Below are positions 13,698 to 25,439 of a stretch of 64,000 bases of DNA, piece by piece. Position 1 is the stretch's first letter. Every line of letters starts with the position of its first letter. The stretch is from Eledone cirrhosa (Eukaryota). The notes under the pieces are model-generated. The model was not told the DNA's origin. It searched no databases and saw only the letters and a program-made list of their open reading frames with translations. The position numbers and the translations under genes were made by a program. The stretch lies in contig OZ024743.1 of NCBI GenBank assembly GCA_964016885.1, forward strand, positions 202,988,001-203,052,000, written 5' to 3'.

Positions 13698-16600
13698 CTA
13701 CAGGATGGTATACAGAGAAGGCCCATTTACACGAGCCATTATCACCACTATCACCCACCTTTCATAAAACTGCCTGTGGCCAAGCACCTCTCTCTCCATT
13801 CTTATCCTTCTTCCGAAGTGATATCGGAAGAAGTAGACCAGACTATGGCCAGAGAGGAAGTTGCCTGACCTCAGACCTTTCAATCGTGTCCACCAAACAA
13901 CCTCTTTCAACATGGCTATTACGCACAGAAAAACCACCTTTGCTTCCTTTGTGAAGAGGGGAGGAGGTTTGATTGTCATCACGGACTCGGCGGTCAATTG
14001 AATCGGCACCACCCGCGACAGCAGTCGTTCGGCGTAGCCCCACAGGTCAGCCACGCCCGGACATTGCACCAATGCGTGCGCAACGGTTTCTTCGTGACGC
14101 ACGCATCTAGGGCAAATCTTTTTTGAGGGATCCCTGCCCGGGCGCCCGTGTCTGTAGAGCCTCTCTCGAACGGGTAGAGCCCCTCGGTAGCACTGCCAGG
14201 CCAGTGACTTCTGGAAGTTGTCCATTGGTCCTGGGCCGAAAGTCCTACCGAATAGGCTGGCCAGTTCGTCTTCTTCCATGTCCAGCGACTCTCCAAGGGT
14301 TTCATCGCCCCTGCTAGCCACCAGCCCTCTATAGAATGATGAGGTGGATTCTCCACCGATGGCCTGGCCCGCTTGCCTGAGAGCCCTGAGCGCCTGAGCA
14401 CACTCAGTGTGCCAGTCTCCCAGTTTTCCGGATCTTTGCTTGACCCAGGACTGTAGCTCGGTGAGCGAGACGAGTCTCGGAAAGGCTCGTTTCACGAACG
14501 GAGCCCACACCGGTTGACCAGTGAGGAATACCTGTAGGTGCCGTAGCCTTAATGCGTGCCTACGCATCATCAACCACGGCATCCCCAGCCCTCCTTTCGA
14601 AGGTTGTTGGCAGCAGATGGATCTTCTCACCATAGGAGGGCGCTTCTTCCAAAGAAATTGGAAGAGCATGCGTTCCATGGTGGTGAGTCTTTCCTTGGGG
14701 CAAGGCACGACAGTCAGGCGGTAGTAAGTGACGGACGCTATGTAAATGTTCGCCACCTCCGCCCGGCCTTTTAAGGACAGCTTACACTTGGCCCATTTCT
14801 GGGTTAGTGCAAACACCTTGTTCGTAACCTCGTTCCAGTTCTTTTCCACCTGGAGGTCCGGTCCAAACCAGACCCCAAGCAACTTTACCGGGCCCTCCGT
14901 CCAGTGTCCGACGACACCGTCGGAAGGCATAGGTCTGCCTCTCCACGTTCCGAGTTGCAGCCTGATGGATTTTTCCCGGTTCAGTTTCGCTCCTGACAAC
15001 CTTTCGTAATCCTCCAGTAAGGTACCGATCGCCTCGATCTCCGAGTCGGTCGATACCATTACTGTTACGTCATCGGCGTAGGCCGACACCGCTTTGCTCA
15101 ATCCTGGTTCCAGGGGGATACCCTGCAACAACTCCAACTTCCTCAGTAAAGGCTCGAGAGTCAATACGTACAGAAGGGAGGAGAGAGGGCACCCCTGTCG
15201 AATGGATCGTGTGGTTTCGACCGGCTTCGAAAGGTAGCCGTTCACCTTGATCCTAGAACAGATGTAGTTGCTATGTAAGGCAGTGATCCAGCCTCTGAAA
15301 ACAGGACGGAACCCAGCCGCCGCTAGCACCGCATCCAGGTAACCATGGTCGACCCTTTCGAACGCCTTAGACTGATACAAGTTGATCGGGGCCCCACCGA
15401 AGCCGGGTTTGTTGCCAACCCTCTCTATGATGTATCGCATGAGGTGGAGGTTATCGTGAATGGACCTGGATGGGATAGCACATGTCTGCGCATCTCCCAC
15501 CAGGCCACCCACGACAAGCGCCAACCTCTTTGCTAACACCTTGGCCAAAATCTTCAACTCTGTGTTTAGCAGGGTTATGGGCCGAAAATCATTTATACTA
15601 TCTCCCTTGTTCTCGTCCTTCCTCACCAGCGTGACTACGCCCTTGGCTACAGAACAAGGAATTCTCCCGTTCTCCTGCCAATTGCAGTAGACCGCTTCGA
15701 GGAGTTCGGAGAAGAAGACCGGCATTGCTAAATAAAGTTCGTAAGGTATACCATCGAGACCTGGAGATTTGCGTCTGCTGCATTGGCTCAGCGCATCTCC
15801 CATCTTATCAGCCGAGATTGGTCCCTCGCAGGACTCTGCCTCTTCGCTCGAGAGACGCGGCAGGCCGTCGAGGTATGGACCGAAATCCACGTCCCCGCCC
15901 GGACCCCCGCCTCCCCCGAACAATCGGGAAAAGTGCCTTTGAAAGGCCTCGCACATCTGCTTAGGCTCCCGGATCACCCGTCCATCTTCGTCTTGCAACG
16001 ACCGGATGGTGGATCGATTTCCACTCTTAGCTTCTGTCACGCGGGCCCAGCCAACGGCTTTGGCCCCCTCATTACCTAGAGCACGCATTTTACTTCGAAC
16101 GACGCAGCCTTCGTGCTTTGCATCGAAAAACTGTTTCAAGGCCGTCCTCGATGCCAGCACTCTGGCCACATCTTCGCTCTTGATTGCCTCTTCTAATTTA
16201 CCTGTTAATTCTTTCTCGTTTCTTTTCCTATCGGCAGCTAATATCTTGCTATAACTTATTGATTCTGTTTTAATCTCTCTTTTGAGAGATGCCCACCATC
16301 GGTTGTTGACGATTGCACCCGTCAACCTCTCCTTAACTAATCTGCTAATCCGGTTTCTGTAAGTCTCTTTTGCCGGTAAAGACAAATTAAGTTTCCAGTA
16401 ACCGGGACCCTGTTTATGTGTTTTCTCGAGATTGACTACGCAGGTCACTAATTTGTGATCCGTGTAGCCAACCGTGCGCATTTCTGGACAGCTCAATATA
16501 TCCCTATCCTTACTTCTAACTAAGAATCTATCTAAGTACGATCTAGATTGACCACTGTGGTTTCTCCAAGTCCAGGTAGGCACAGTTGGAAAATCTAGTC

Positions 16601-17135
16601 GATATCTATCGACCAAGTTAAAACGGTCGAGTAACCCCTTGAGGCTGTTACACCCCCCTCTATTAGGACATGCTCCTGCATAGTCCCAACGTGCATCTAG
16701 GATGTCATTCCAATCCCCCGCTAGAAGCAGGGAACGCGACGTTCCCAGAAAAGTCTCTAAACGCTGGAAGAAGTCGGGCCGTTCAGCTCCGAAAGGGGAG
16801 TAGACGGCGACCAGTCTTAAGGCCGCACCTTCACTACTGCCAACGTCTAGCACCAACAAACGACCCTCCGGGTCCGAGTGCACAACCTGTACGTCAAGAC
16901 CCAGGTGTTTTTGCAGCAGTACGACAACCCCACCCCCACCTCCAGGTTGATATAGAGATGCATGCACCTCAAAGTCATCGAAGGTAGGGGCCAGCTGCCG
17001 CACGACGCTGATCCGAGTCTCACAGATAACCATTACATTTATACCACATGACCTGAGGTCATTTAGAAGCTTTGCTTGCTTCCAAGTCGAGCCCAGGCCA
17101 CGTGCATTCAAACATCCTACTCTTAACACATCCAT
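13698..17135 (-). CDS. Tx1/L1 ORF2 polyprotein: AP endonuclease, reverse transcriptase and C-terminal Cys/His finger
   Basis: Open 1145-aa ORF. APE motifs LNARGL, ICET, VYSP, GDWN, YLDRF, TDH. RT motifs RPITLLN, RQGCPLS, YADD. KGGLG and CPRC-x5-ETVAHALVQC. Confidence 0.93.
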   Translation of the reverse strand: MDVLRVGCLNARGLGSTWKQAKLLNDLRSCGINVMVICETRISVVRQLAPTFDDFEVHASLYQPGGGGGVVVLLQKHLGLDVQVVHSDPEGRLLVLDVGSSEGAALRLVAVYSPFGAERPDFFQRLETFLGTSRSLLLAGDWNDILDARWDYAGACPNRGGCNSLKGLLDRFNLVDRYRLDFPTVPTWTWRNHSGQSRSYLDRFLVRSKDRDILSCPEMRTVGYTDHKLVTCVVNLEKTHKQGPGYWKLNLSLPAKETYRNRISRLVKERLTGAIVNNRWWASLKREIKTESISYSKILAADRKRNEKELTGKLEEAIKSEDVARVLASRTALKQFFDAKHEGCVVRSKMRALGNEGAKAVGWARVTEAKSGNRSTIRSLQDEDGRVIREPKQMCEAFQRHFSRLFGGGGGPGGDVDFGPYLDGLPRLSSEEAESCEGPISADKMGDALSQCSRRKSPGLDGIPYELYLAMPVFFSELLEAVYCNWQENGRIPCSVAKGVVTLVRKDENKGDSINDFRPITLLNTELKILAKVLAKRLALVVGGLVGDAQTCAIPSRSIHDNLHLMRYIIERVGNKPGFGGAPINLYQSKAFERVDHGYLDAVLAAAGFRPVFRGWITALHSNYICSRIKVNGYLSKPVETTRSIRQGCPLSSLLYVLTLEPLLRKLELLQGIPLEPGLSKAVSAYADDVTVMVSTDSEIEAIGTLLEDYERLSGAKLNREKSIRLQLGTWRGRPMPSDGVVGHWTEGPVKLLGVWFGPDLQVEKNWNEVTNKVFALTQKWAKCKLSLKGRAEVANIYIASVTYYRLTVVPCPKERLTTMERMLFQFLWKKRPPMVRRSICCQQPSKGGLGMPWLMMRRHALRLRHLQVFLTGQPVWAPFVKRAFPRLVSLTELQSWVKQRSGKLGDWHTECAQALRALRQAGQAIGGESTSSFYRGLVASRGDETLGESLDMEEDELASLFGRTFGPGPMDNFQKSLAWQCYRGALPVRERLYRHGRPGRDPSKKICPRCVRHEETVAHALVQCPGVADLWGYAERLLSRVVPIQLTAESVMTIKPPPLFTKEAKVVFLCVIAMLKEVVWWTRLKGLRSGNFLSGHSLVYFFRYHFGRRIRMEREVLGHRQFYERWVIVVIMARVNGPSLYTIL

Positions 17136-17168
17136 GTGGGCGGCAGAGCCAAAGGAGAGTGTAGAGAC

Positions 17169-18966
17169 CTACCTTTCCGCTTCCCGGGGTTCGGGTCGCA
17201 CCACTTCCATGGGGTCGGGGGTGTTGGGTGAAGGGGTGTCTTGTGGTGGTGTGGGGTCGTCAGTGTGTGGTGGGGTTGGGGTATTTGGAGTTGTGTTGGG
17301 GAGGGGAATGGGAGGGGGAAAGCTTTTTAGTAGGACGCGGTTTATGGGTTTGACAGAGGGTGGTCCTACGTCCTCCTTAAAATCCTTTTTTAGTTTTTGG
17401 TAGAGGTTCATTGGGATCTTTATTAATTTTAAATGTGGGTAGTTTTCTGAAGAAACAAAGTTTACACCTTCGGTTTGTACCGAAGGATTATTGTATATGA
17501 GTTCATTTAATTTATTAATGTTTATGTTGATGTAAGTATAGTGTAATGTCTTTTTTTCGGATGGTGTGAGTGTTTCGAAGAGGGGAGGGGCAGGTTTGGT
17601 TTTGTTTGTTGCTGGAGGGGTGTTTTCTGTTTTGTTGGATTGTGTTGAGATTTGGGTGGGGGTTGTTTGGCCTTGTGTGTTTTGCACATGTTTTCTTTTT
17701 TTTCCTTTTAATCTGTCTGAAGGACTCCGTTTCTTCCTCCGAATTCGTTGGGTTACCTTCAGTGTTGGAGGGAAGAGGTATGTTTGCTGGTAATGTTTCC
17801 GTGTTGGTTTTCTTTGTTAGACTGTGTTGTGTGTTGTGTCTGCGGTGGTTGTGTTGTTTTATTGAGTGAGGGGTTGGGTGGGACTGAGTTTTGTTGTTTG
17901 TTTATCTGTTGTGGTGGTGGTGGTGGAGCTGGTGTTGGTAGCAGGGTTTTCTTTTTGTTGAGTTGGGGACAAGCGGCCTTCAGGTGCCCTCTGCCTGCAC
18001 AGATATGACAGGATGGCCTTCTCCCCCCCCACGCTAATGTTTATATACCCGTGGCCCTCTAATAGGATTCTGTCGGGTATTTGGGCGATGCGTTCAGGCT
18101 TCATTTGCACTACCAGCTCTATACCTGTTCCATTGAACGCATTGCCTGTGGTTTTCCCAATGGAAATCACGTTGTCATTCACTGGATCGTTGAAGCCAGC
18201 TATGAGCCAGCAGTAGTCCACATCTGGCATCATTGCATCCAGCCATATGCGTTGAGTTCTTTTCCCCATATAAGATGGATAAAAGGTAAAATTTTTCGAA
18301 CGAATCGGTGACAAAGCACATTTTTTTGCCGCCGATTCGTTCTTCATAATAATTGCTAGGCTTCCATAGAGTCTGTCTTTTCTTATGAAAGTGGTTTCAT
18401 TAAGTACTTCTGTGAGTACTGTTTTGATATCTGCTTGAGAAGAATGTTCAGGTTTTTTTGAAGTGTTGTTGATGGTGCGGAACACGACCGTTCTACTTTC
18501 AATGTCTTTGGTGAGTTCTTGAGGCATTTTAACCGATAAAATACCATTCTCTCCTTCACTTATGTATTGTTTGGCGTCTGTGATTCTTCGTGCCACATCT
18601 GAAATATTTTCGGGTATATATGTCAAAGATTTCTTTGTTTTTTGTGCAAATGAAATCTTGACTCTGTCGTCTGCTTTGCTTTCTGTTATGGTGTTATTTT
18701 CAAATGTTATTTTTGTGTTTGTTGTGTCTTTGTTTGTGGTGTTAGTATTGTCATGCAATTTTTCAAATTTTTTTTTTTTCGTTCTTGGAATCCATGTCCA
18801 GATTTGTGTTTTCGTCATTTTTCTCCGCAGATTCGTCTGTTTTTATTTTAATTTTTCCTTACTTCTCTATGACGTTAGTTGGGAAGGAAGGGGGGACTAA
18901 AGCGTGCGAGCTTACAACTCTTACCGCTGTCCCCCCACCACTATTTTCGTTCGCTTCGTTTAACAT
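17169..18966 (-). pseudogene. Tx1 ORF1 (gag-like), disrupted
   Basis: Probable ATG at 18966, then an in-frame TAA and a frameshift in an A-run. The knuckle CHICAGRGHLKAAC is out of frame after a G8 run at 18023-18030. Homologous to ORF 61694-62659. Confidence 0.75.
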
Positions 18967-19029
18967 TTCTGTCAGACGATTGAAAAATTTTTTTTTTTTT
19001 TTATGCCACAAAATTTTAAGAAAACAGGA

Positions 19030-19113
19030 TTTTCACCTCTAGGAGGGGTAAAGATGAGCTGACCCACCGTCTGACAGTTCAGACGGGGGGTCAAGCTACA
19101 CAATAGTATCAAA
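19030..19113 (-). other. Conserved structured 5'UTR element of Tx1 (15-bp hairpin plus a small hairpin)
   Basis: TGACCCCCCGTCTGA-actg-TCAGACGGTGGGTCA. Conserved with 62733-62815 while the neighbouring UTR is not alignable. Confidence 0.6.
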
Positions 19114-19647
19114 ATTAAATTTGAACTCACAAAATTTCCGCAATAAATTTGAACAAAACTTCTGCGCGAAGTGAATTACATCTACACTGTAGAACAGACG
19201 ACAGCTAGATTATATAATTATACATAGATAGATAGATAGATAGATACACATATACACATATATACATATATACATATATATACAAATCTATATACATATA
19301 TATATATATGTGTGTGCGTATATATATGTATATATATGTATATATGTATATATGTATATAAATAAATATATATATATATGTATATATGTGTGTGTGTGAG
19401 TATGTGTTATTCTGTGTTGGTGGCATAGTTAATATGATCGAACCCTGCGCAACGGCCAGTTGCCCGCATAAACATCTATACTATTGACGTGATTGAAGAA
19501 AAGCAAATACTGGATTTGCTTGATTATTCGTTTGCTTGCTCTCAGTACTTAGTAAGTATTTCATTAGTCCCGTTATATTATGTGTCTAACTTTAACAATC
19601 AGTTGCTTTTGATTGGTTACAATACGACTAAATATATTTCTTTACAG

Positions 19648-19785
19648 TGTGATCCGGGGATCGCGACGGATGCTCTTTACAACTTGATCTACTGTAAACC
19701 AGAGATGCTAATGTTTATTGGAGGTGCTTGCACTGAAGTTACGAAAACTCTTGGTGAAATAGTGCCTTACTGGAACCTAATATTG
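19648..19785 (+). CDS. Internal exon (phase 0-0, 46 aa) of a GABA-B receptor-like class C GPCR, Venus-flytrap domain
   Basis: tttctttacag|TGT...TTG|gtaagt. The peptide CDPGIATDALYNLIYCKPEMLMFIGGACTEVTKTLGEIVPYWNLIL matches the GABA-B CDPG...C-x-x-V...WN segment; VPYWN recalls the invertebrate R3 subunit. Confidence 0.85.
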
Positions 19786-19950
19786 GTAAGTTACACTATC
19801 TTCTTTATATCCATGAAAGGTAAACCTTTTTCAATAAACAAATATTGTATTTTCTGTCATTAGAGCATATCTTAGTGGTAGCATACTACTCATAACATCA
19901 ACACTACATATATGAAAAAATGTATGTGCGTTTATGCGTGCGTGCCTGTT

Positions 19951-20049
<99 letters not shown>

Positions 20050-20059
20050 AGAGAGATCT

Positions 20060-20130
<71 letters not shown>

Positions 20131-21663
20131 TATATATGCGTTTATGTATGCATATATCTATTTATATGTAAACATAAATATAATATCTAACGCTACCACA
20201 ATAACCTCTTCACGTCACATCTGGCCGACTATGTGCCACTCTGTATTGGGCAGCTCCACCTCTCTAGCTTCTCTTCTTCACATTACCCATAGTGTTCCCC
20301 TCCAGACCAGAAACACTGTCCTAAACATTATGCCATATCCTTCGCTTCCAGAATGTCACCACTCTGGAAATATTTTCCTGCACAGATAATTCCAGCAGTA
20401 GTCGACCTGCAATAATCTAAACATCAGCTTCGGAGAGCCTATGAAACGTCATGGGCTCAAACATATCCGACTTTGGAAGTCAGATTTAACAAGAGATATT
20501 AATCTGTCATATCACAATATGAATGAAATATTTATTTTAATGAGACCGCACACATCTGTGGAAAAAAACTTGCAGATGAGCGATGCCATTAATTACAGAT
20601 ACCACCAAGCATCTTAAAAAGAATTTTCTATAGTTAAATCAACGGTTTAAAACCAGGTGTCCGCTGACTCTATAGGTCCATAAATATAGGGTTGTTCCTG
20701 AGATACATTCAAAATTTCAAGTAATTTCTTTAAAATATATTATACAAATATTATTGGATATTCATATTCTCTAACTATGATAAAGTTTCTTTTTCAATTA
20801 TTTTAATCAAGTTATGAGGTATTTGCAGTGGGGGCTCCAGGGAATTATTCATTTAAATAAAAGGGTAGCTTGGGAATCAAAGAATTCATTCAATAATTAG
20901 TGATGCGTTACTTTAGCAAGTGTATAGTATCACAAAATACGGTGAATGAAATTAATGAAGAAACTACTAAAATAATATTTAATCACCATTACCGTGAAAA
21001 AATTCTAGAAAACTTGAATTTTTAAACGAACGTGTTAATTAACAGATAATGTTTCAGTTAAATCGAGGACTAATCTTAACACATTTTAGATTTGCATTCA
21101 TTCATATTCATTGAAATGTTTATTTTCTTCTTTATAAATTAAAAGTATTTATCAAAAGTTATACTGATGAAAAGATATTGATTTCCATGATAAAGTGCCA
21201 TAAAATTATATCGTCATATATATTCAAAAGAAAACAGGCCGGACTCAAAATATTCTTTTAATGTTGTAAAATCATAATACTTATTTGTATAACCTGATTA
21301 CATCATCTGATCACGACGTAAGACTTTGGTGAAGTCTTCAGCTGTAGATTGAAAAAATTAGGTAAATGACAACAAAATTAGAGCAAACACAAAAACAGGT
21401 CGGACGTGATTCGGAGACAGCCCGTCAATTTGCTATTACTGTTATAGCTAATTGTTTCTGAATGTCTTCTCATGACTTTCGAATAAATATTTAAATCACT
21501 CCTTGCACCAACCACGGGACACCATATCTACGATGATTAATATAGTGATGTCGATTGCTTTAACTTATTACATTATGATTCGCTCACCGGAATGAACAGA
21601 TTTACGAATTGTTACCCTATGCAACATAAATAGTATATATGTGTGTGTATATATATATATATA

Positions 21664-24534
21664 CTAGCAGAAGGACCCGGCGTTTCCCGGGTGTAAGTCG
21701 ACCTTTGCTCTGTTGTTAAAATGTGTGAAAGTTACTTCGCGCGCATCACAGGTGCAAAAACCTTCGAACCTCAATTTTTTTTTACAATTTTCGCGCTCAC
21801 ATGTGCAGAAGAAGAAATAAAAGGGACTTTATCTGAACCGCGGCATAATGGCGAGTCTTTTGTGAAAGTTGTCAAGAAAATCGAACGTTCCTCTAAAAAG
21901 TGTTTGCATGTGCAACTTTGCTTTGTTTTTTTGCGCAAAGTCGAACCCCCACTTCAGTTTTATTGGTTTTTTTACATGTCCCGGTAAATTTGCCATAGGT
22001 GAAAAAAAGTTGATCAAAATTGTGTCTAGGGTTATTGCCCTTTGCAACAGCCTCAACGTGTCTTCAAATATGGTTTGTTAATTTGCTGTGGAACTAAATC
22101 GACTTTCGTCAAATCGGACCGAGGAAACAATGTTTCCATTTGTTTTTCGAGCTGGTGTACCCGGTTACACTCGGGGTTATAAGGCGCTGGATTTAAACGG
22201 GTCTGCGCTAAATTCCAGGAGGAAGCTTTACCCGAAATAAATGAAGAACAAACGTTTCTTTGTGTGCTCCAATCTGTGATATTAGTATTTTGAAAAAATA
22301 GTCCACAAATATCCATGCAGCATGTGTAACGCATGTATCAGGTTATGAGAAAAAGGGTTTTCGATTCTCCATTCATAAGATACCAAAAAATTGCACGCAA
22401 ATAAACCTGGATTTTTAGGCACTGCCCAATTCATAGCTGAAAGGTAAGAATCAAGTGGAATAATGTTTTGCGACATTGTCAAATGTACAACCGTACAACA
22501 GCAAAGAATATAGCCATTGAAATCTCGGTAGACCAAAGAATTTGGTGGGGTTGTATATCAGAGGATTGTTTTCCTTGTGATTCGTGTCTAGCCTGCCTAC
22601 AGAGTGAAGTTAGATGATGTAGTCGGTGCTGTATCAATAAAAAATAAAAGCATACCGAAGACCTAACACTTACGAATTAAGTGAAAATCCCGTTGATATT
22701 CCTATCGGAGAAACATGTGCCGAAAAAACTGACGGACTGTTGTGCCAATATTGAAATCGAAGAAATTGCGAATCTCGACCTCTAAGATGTCAGGGATAGG
22801 CCTCGGAGGTGAAGAGGAAGAATTGGTACAATTGTTTTGCTGAACATGTTGACCATTAATTTAAATAGACTTACGCACCATCATCGTGCGGTTTTGTTGT
22901 TTATGGGCTAGAATGAGGGCCGGTTAAACGCGGCAGAAAAATAAGCCATGATGTTGATGTTTAGGGGCGTCGCAGGGAATAGATGCGGCGTTGTGAGGAC
23001 AGTGGAAGGCACGCTGATCGCTTGAGAAGACGCGATGCTACACAGGATGCTTCTAGGCCATAATTGACAGAAAGACATGTCAGGAGAAATGAAAGAGTTG
23101 CTATTCATCCTTTGCTTAGTATGATTAACATGTAATTAAAAATATTTACCATGGACTCTCGTGCACGTTGGTATTGTGTTTAGCCTGCGAAAATCGGTGG
23201 TCAAATGGGGCAACAATAAGCCATGCTGATGACTTTTAAGCGGGTGGCAAGGAATTGATGCGGCATAGATAACCATGGGAGTTTTGAAGGAGCACCGCGG
23301 TTAAGCAAAAGAAAGGGCCGAGGAGGGGATGGTGGCTGACAGTGCATGGATGTGGCATCCTGAGGCATGACAATGTAGTGGGACGACGGCTAGCAGGCAA
23401 GGTAGAGGGCAGGGGTGGACGGTGGCAAGGATGTCGCATGGTGAGCCATGGCAGTCTTGAAGGAGCACTGCGGGCAGGCAATAGAAAGGGCCGAGGAGGG
23501 GATGGCGGCTGACAGAGGATTGATGCGGCATGGTGATGCATGACGATGCAGTGGGATGACGGCGTGCAGGGAAGGGGAGGGCAGGGATGATGGTGGCAGG
23601 GATGCGGCTTGGTCAGGCCTGGAAGTCTTGAGCACTCCCGGAGTGTAAGCAATGGAAATGGGAAAGGGTGGATGGAGGCATGGATTCGGCATGTTGAGCT
23701 GTGGCGGTCCTTAGGGACCACGGAGGGCAGGCAATGGAAAGGGCCGGGGAATGAATTGCAGCTTTCAAGGCAGAGATGCGCATGGTGATGCACAACGATG
23801 CAGTGGGTCGACGGCGTGCAGTGAAGGGAGAGGGCACGGGTTGACGGATGCCTCATTATGCTACGATAGTGGGACCACGAGAATGAAGAGAGCGCATGGA
23901 GGTTTGATGATCGCTTGAGAAAACTGGGCGCAATACAGGATGATGGGCGGGTGTATAGTCTTGATCATCGTTATATAAGAAATGGAAGAATCGTCATAAA
24001 AGGTTTGCTGAATATGGTGAGCGTTAATTTAAAGAGACTTACGGTGGATAATCCTGATAGATTGAACGTTCTTTGCATGGCGAGAGTTAACATAAATGGA
24101 AGCAAGAAGAATGGCGTTGTCTGTTGCCGGACTTTTGTCTCTGGGGGTGCGATTATCCGATTTCAAGTACCCCACGTTGATTCCCGCATCAAAATACATA
24201 CCTACGTCAAATTTCATTGGAATCAGACAAATTTCGTAAATATCGATTTTTGCGTCTGGTGATCCAATTATTGAATTTTTCGAAAATTTAAAGTAGCCCA
24301 CGTTTATTCGCGGATCAAAATACACACTTGCGTCGAGTTTCATCGAAATCGGACGATTTGGGGCTGCTGGGGGCCCGATTATCGATTTTATGAAAATTTC
24401 ATATAGCCTATTCCAGTCTATGGGTCGAGTGTCAAATATGTGTCAAGTTTCATGAAAATCGGATGAACGGTGTAGCGTGCAAGTTCGGGACACCAAACAA
24501 ACAAACAACGCCCAACTTCACTTTATATATAAGA
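21664..24534 (-). mobile_element. Non-autonomous Helitron (~2.9 kb)
   Basis: Minus strand has 5' A|TC at 24534 and a 3' hairpin CCCGG(gaaacg)CCGGG followed by CTAG|T at 21664. (CAAA)n and ~130-bp repeats lie near the 5' end. No TSD. Confidence 0.8.
23250..23880. repeat. GC-rich degenerate tandem repeat (~175 bp) inside the Helitron
   Basis: AGAAAGGGCCGAGGAGGGGATGGYGGCTGACAG at about 23310 and 23483, with a variant near 23736. GATGCAGTGGG motifs recur. Confidence 0.7.
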
Positions 24535-24554
24535 TAAGATAAGATAAGATAAGA

Positions 24555-24631
<77 letters not shown>

Positions 24632-24635
<4 letters not shown>

Positions 24636-25020
24636 GGAGGTGAGTTTTATTGTAGTACAATAAAGCAATGCAGATATCGGATAAGTAGCACTCTACAGTT
24701 TGTAGGACTGGAGTATAAATAATATATAAGATCAAAAGATGGTTAAAAGAGTTCCATGTATTTTATTATGCGCATTTCAAAAACAAATATCATCATGCAA
24801 TAACATTTGCGTTTTCGGTGTGAATAGTGCAGTTTTAAATCAACATATATGTTGATTTAAAACTGCACTATTCACAAGTGTGTTTTAACCTTCATATCAT
24901 GTCTCCCTATTTTATCTGACGAAAACGCAAATGTTATTGCATGATGATATTTGTTTTTGAAATGCGCATAATAAAATACAAGGAACTCTTTTAACCATCT
25001 TTTGATCTTAAATATTATAT
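24632..25020. mobile_element. Fold-back pLTR-type element (arms 24720-24817 / 24920-25018) enclosing a perfect 56-bp palindrome (24820-24875)
   Basis: Reverse-complement arms. Same family as 43104-43510. Confidence 0.85.
24908..24978 (+). ncRNA. Type I hammerhead ribozyme (family D)
   Basis: TATTTTAT-CTGACGA-AAAC...GTTTTt-GAAA-T(GCGC)A-TA^ATAAAATA. Perfect 8-bp helix I and palindromic loop 3. Confidence 0.8.
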
Positions 25021-25236
25021 ATATATATTATATATATATATATTAGTTTAGCGAGGTTTTTTATATGAAATCGTGTGGACCAATCGTCTGGACCAAATCG
25101 TGTGGACCAACATTGAGGACCGAGTAAGTTAGATCGCAGATATAAAAGACAGGGAGAAGCGAAAACCAACCAAACAGTGAGTGTGTTCTGTTATTAATTC
25201 TGGCAATATTACGCAAATATGACTCTCCCCAAGTAT

Positions 25237-25283
<47 letters not shown>

Positions 25284-25292
25284 TGTATATAC

Positions 25293-25373
<81 letters not shown>

Positions 25374-25439
25374 CATAGTTACGCCCCTTTATGATCTGAG
25401 TTCAAATCCCGCCAAGGTTAACTTTGCCTTTCACTCGAC

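Larger units (their letters stand above)
13481..19218 (-). mobile_element. Full-length L1/Tx1-clade non-LTR retrotransposon (copy 1)
   Basis: ORF1 (zinc knuckle) plus ORF2 (APE-RT-ZF), with AATAAA at the 3' end. Candidate 12-bp TSD TATACATAGATA at 13469-13480 and 19219-19230. Confidence 0.92.

Noticed and set aside
19489-19863. 124-aa ORF as a stand-alone gene
   Set aside because: Only 19648-19785 is receptor-like and bounded by splice sites; the rest is intron read-through.
23236-23856. 206-aa Pro/His/Cys-rich ORF
   Set aside because: It is read through a GC-rich tandem repeat inside the Helitron and has no protein motifs.
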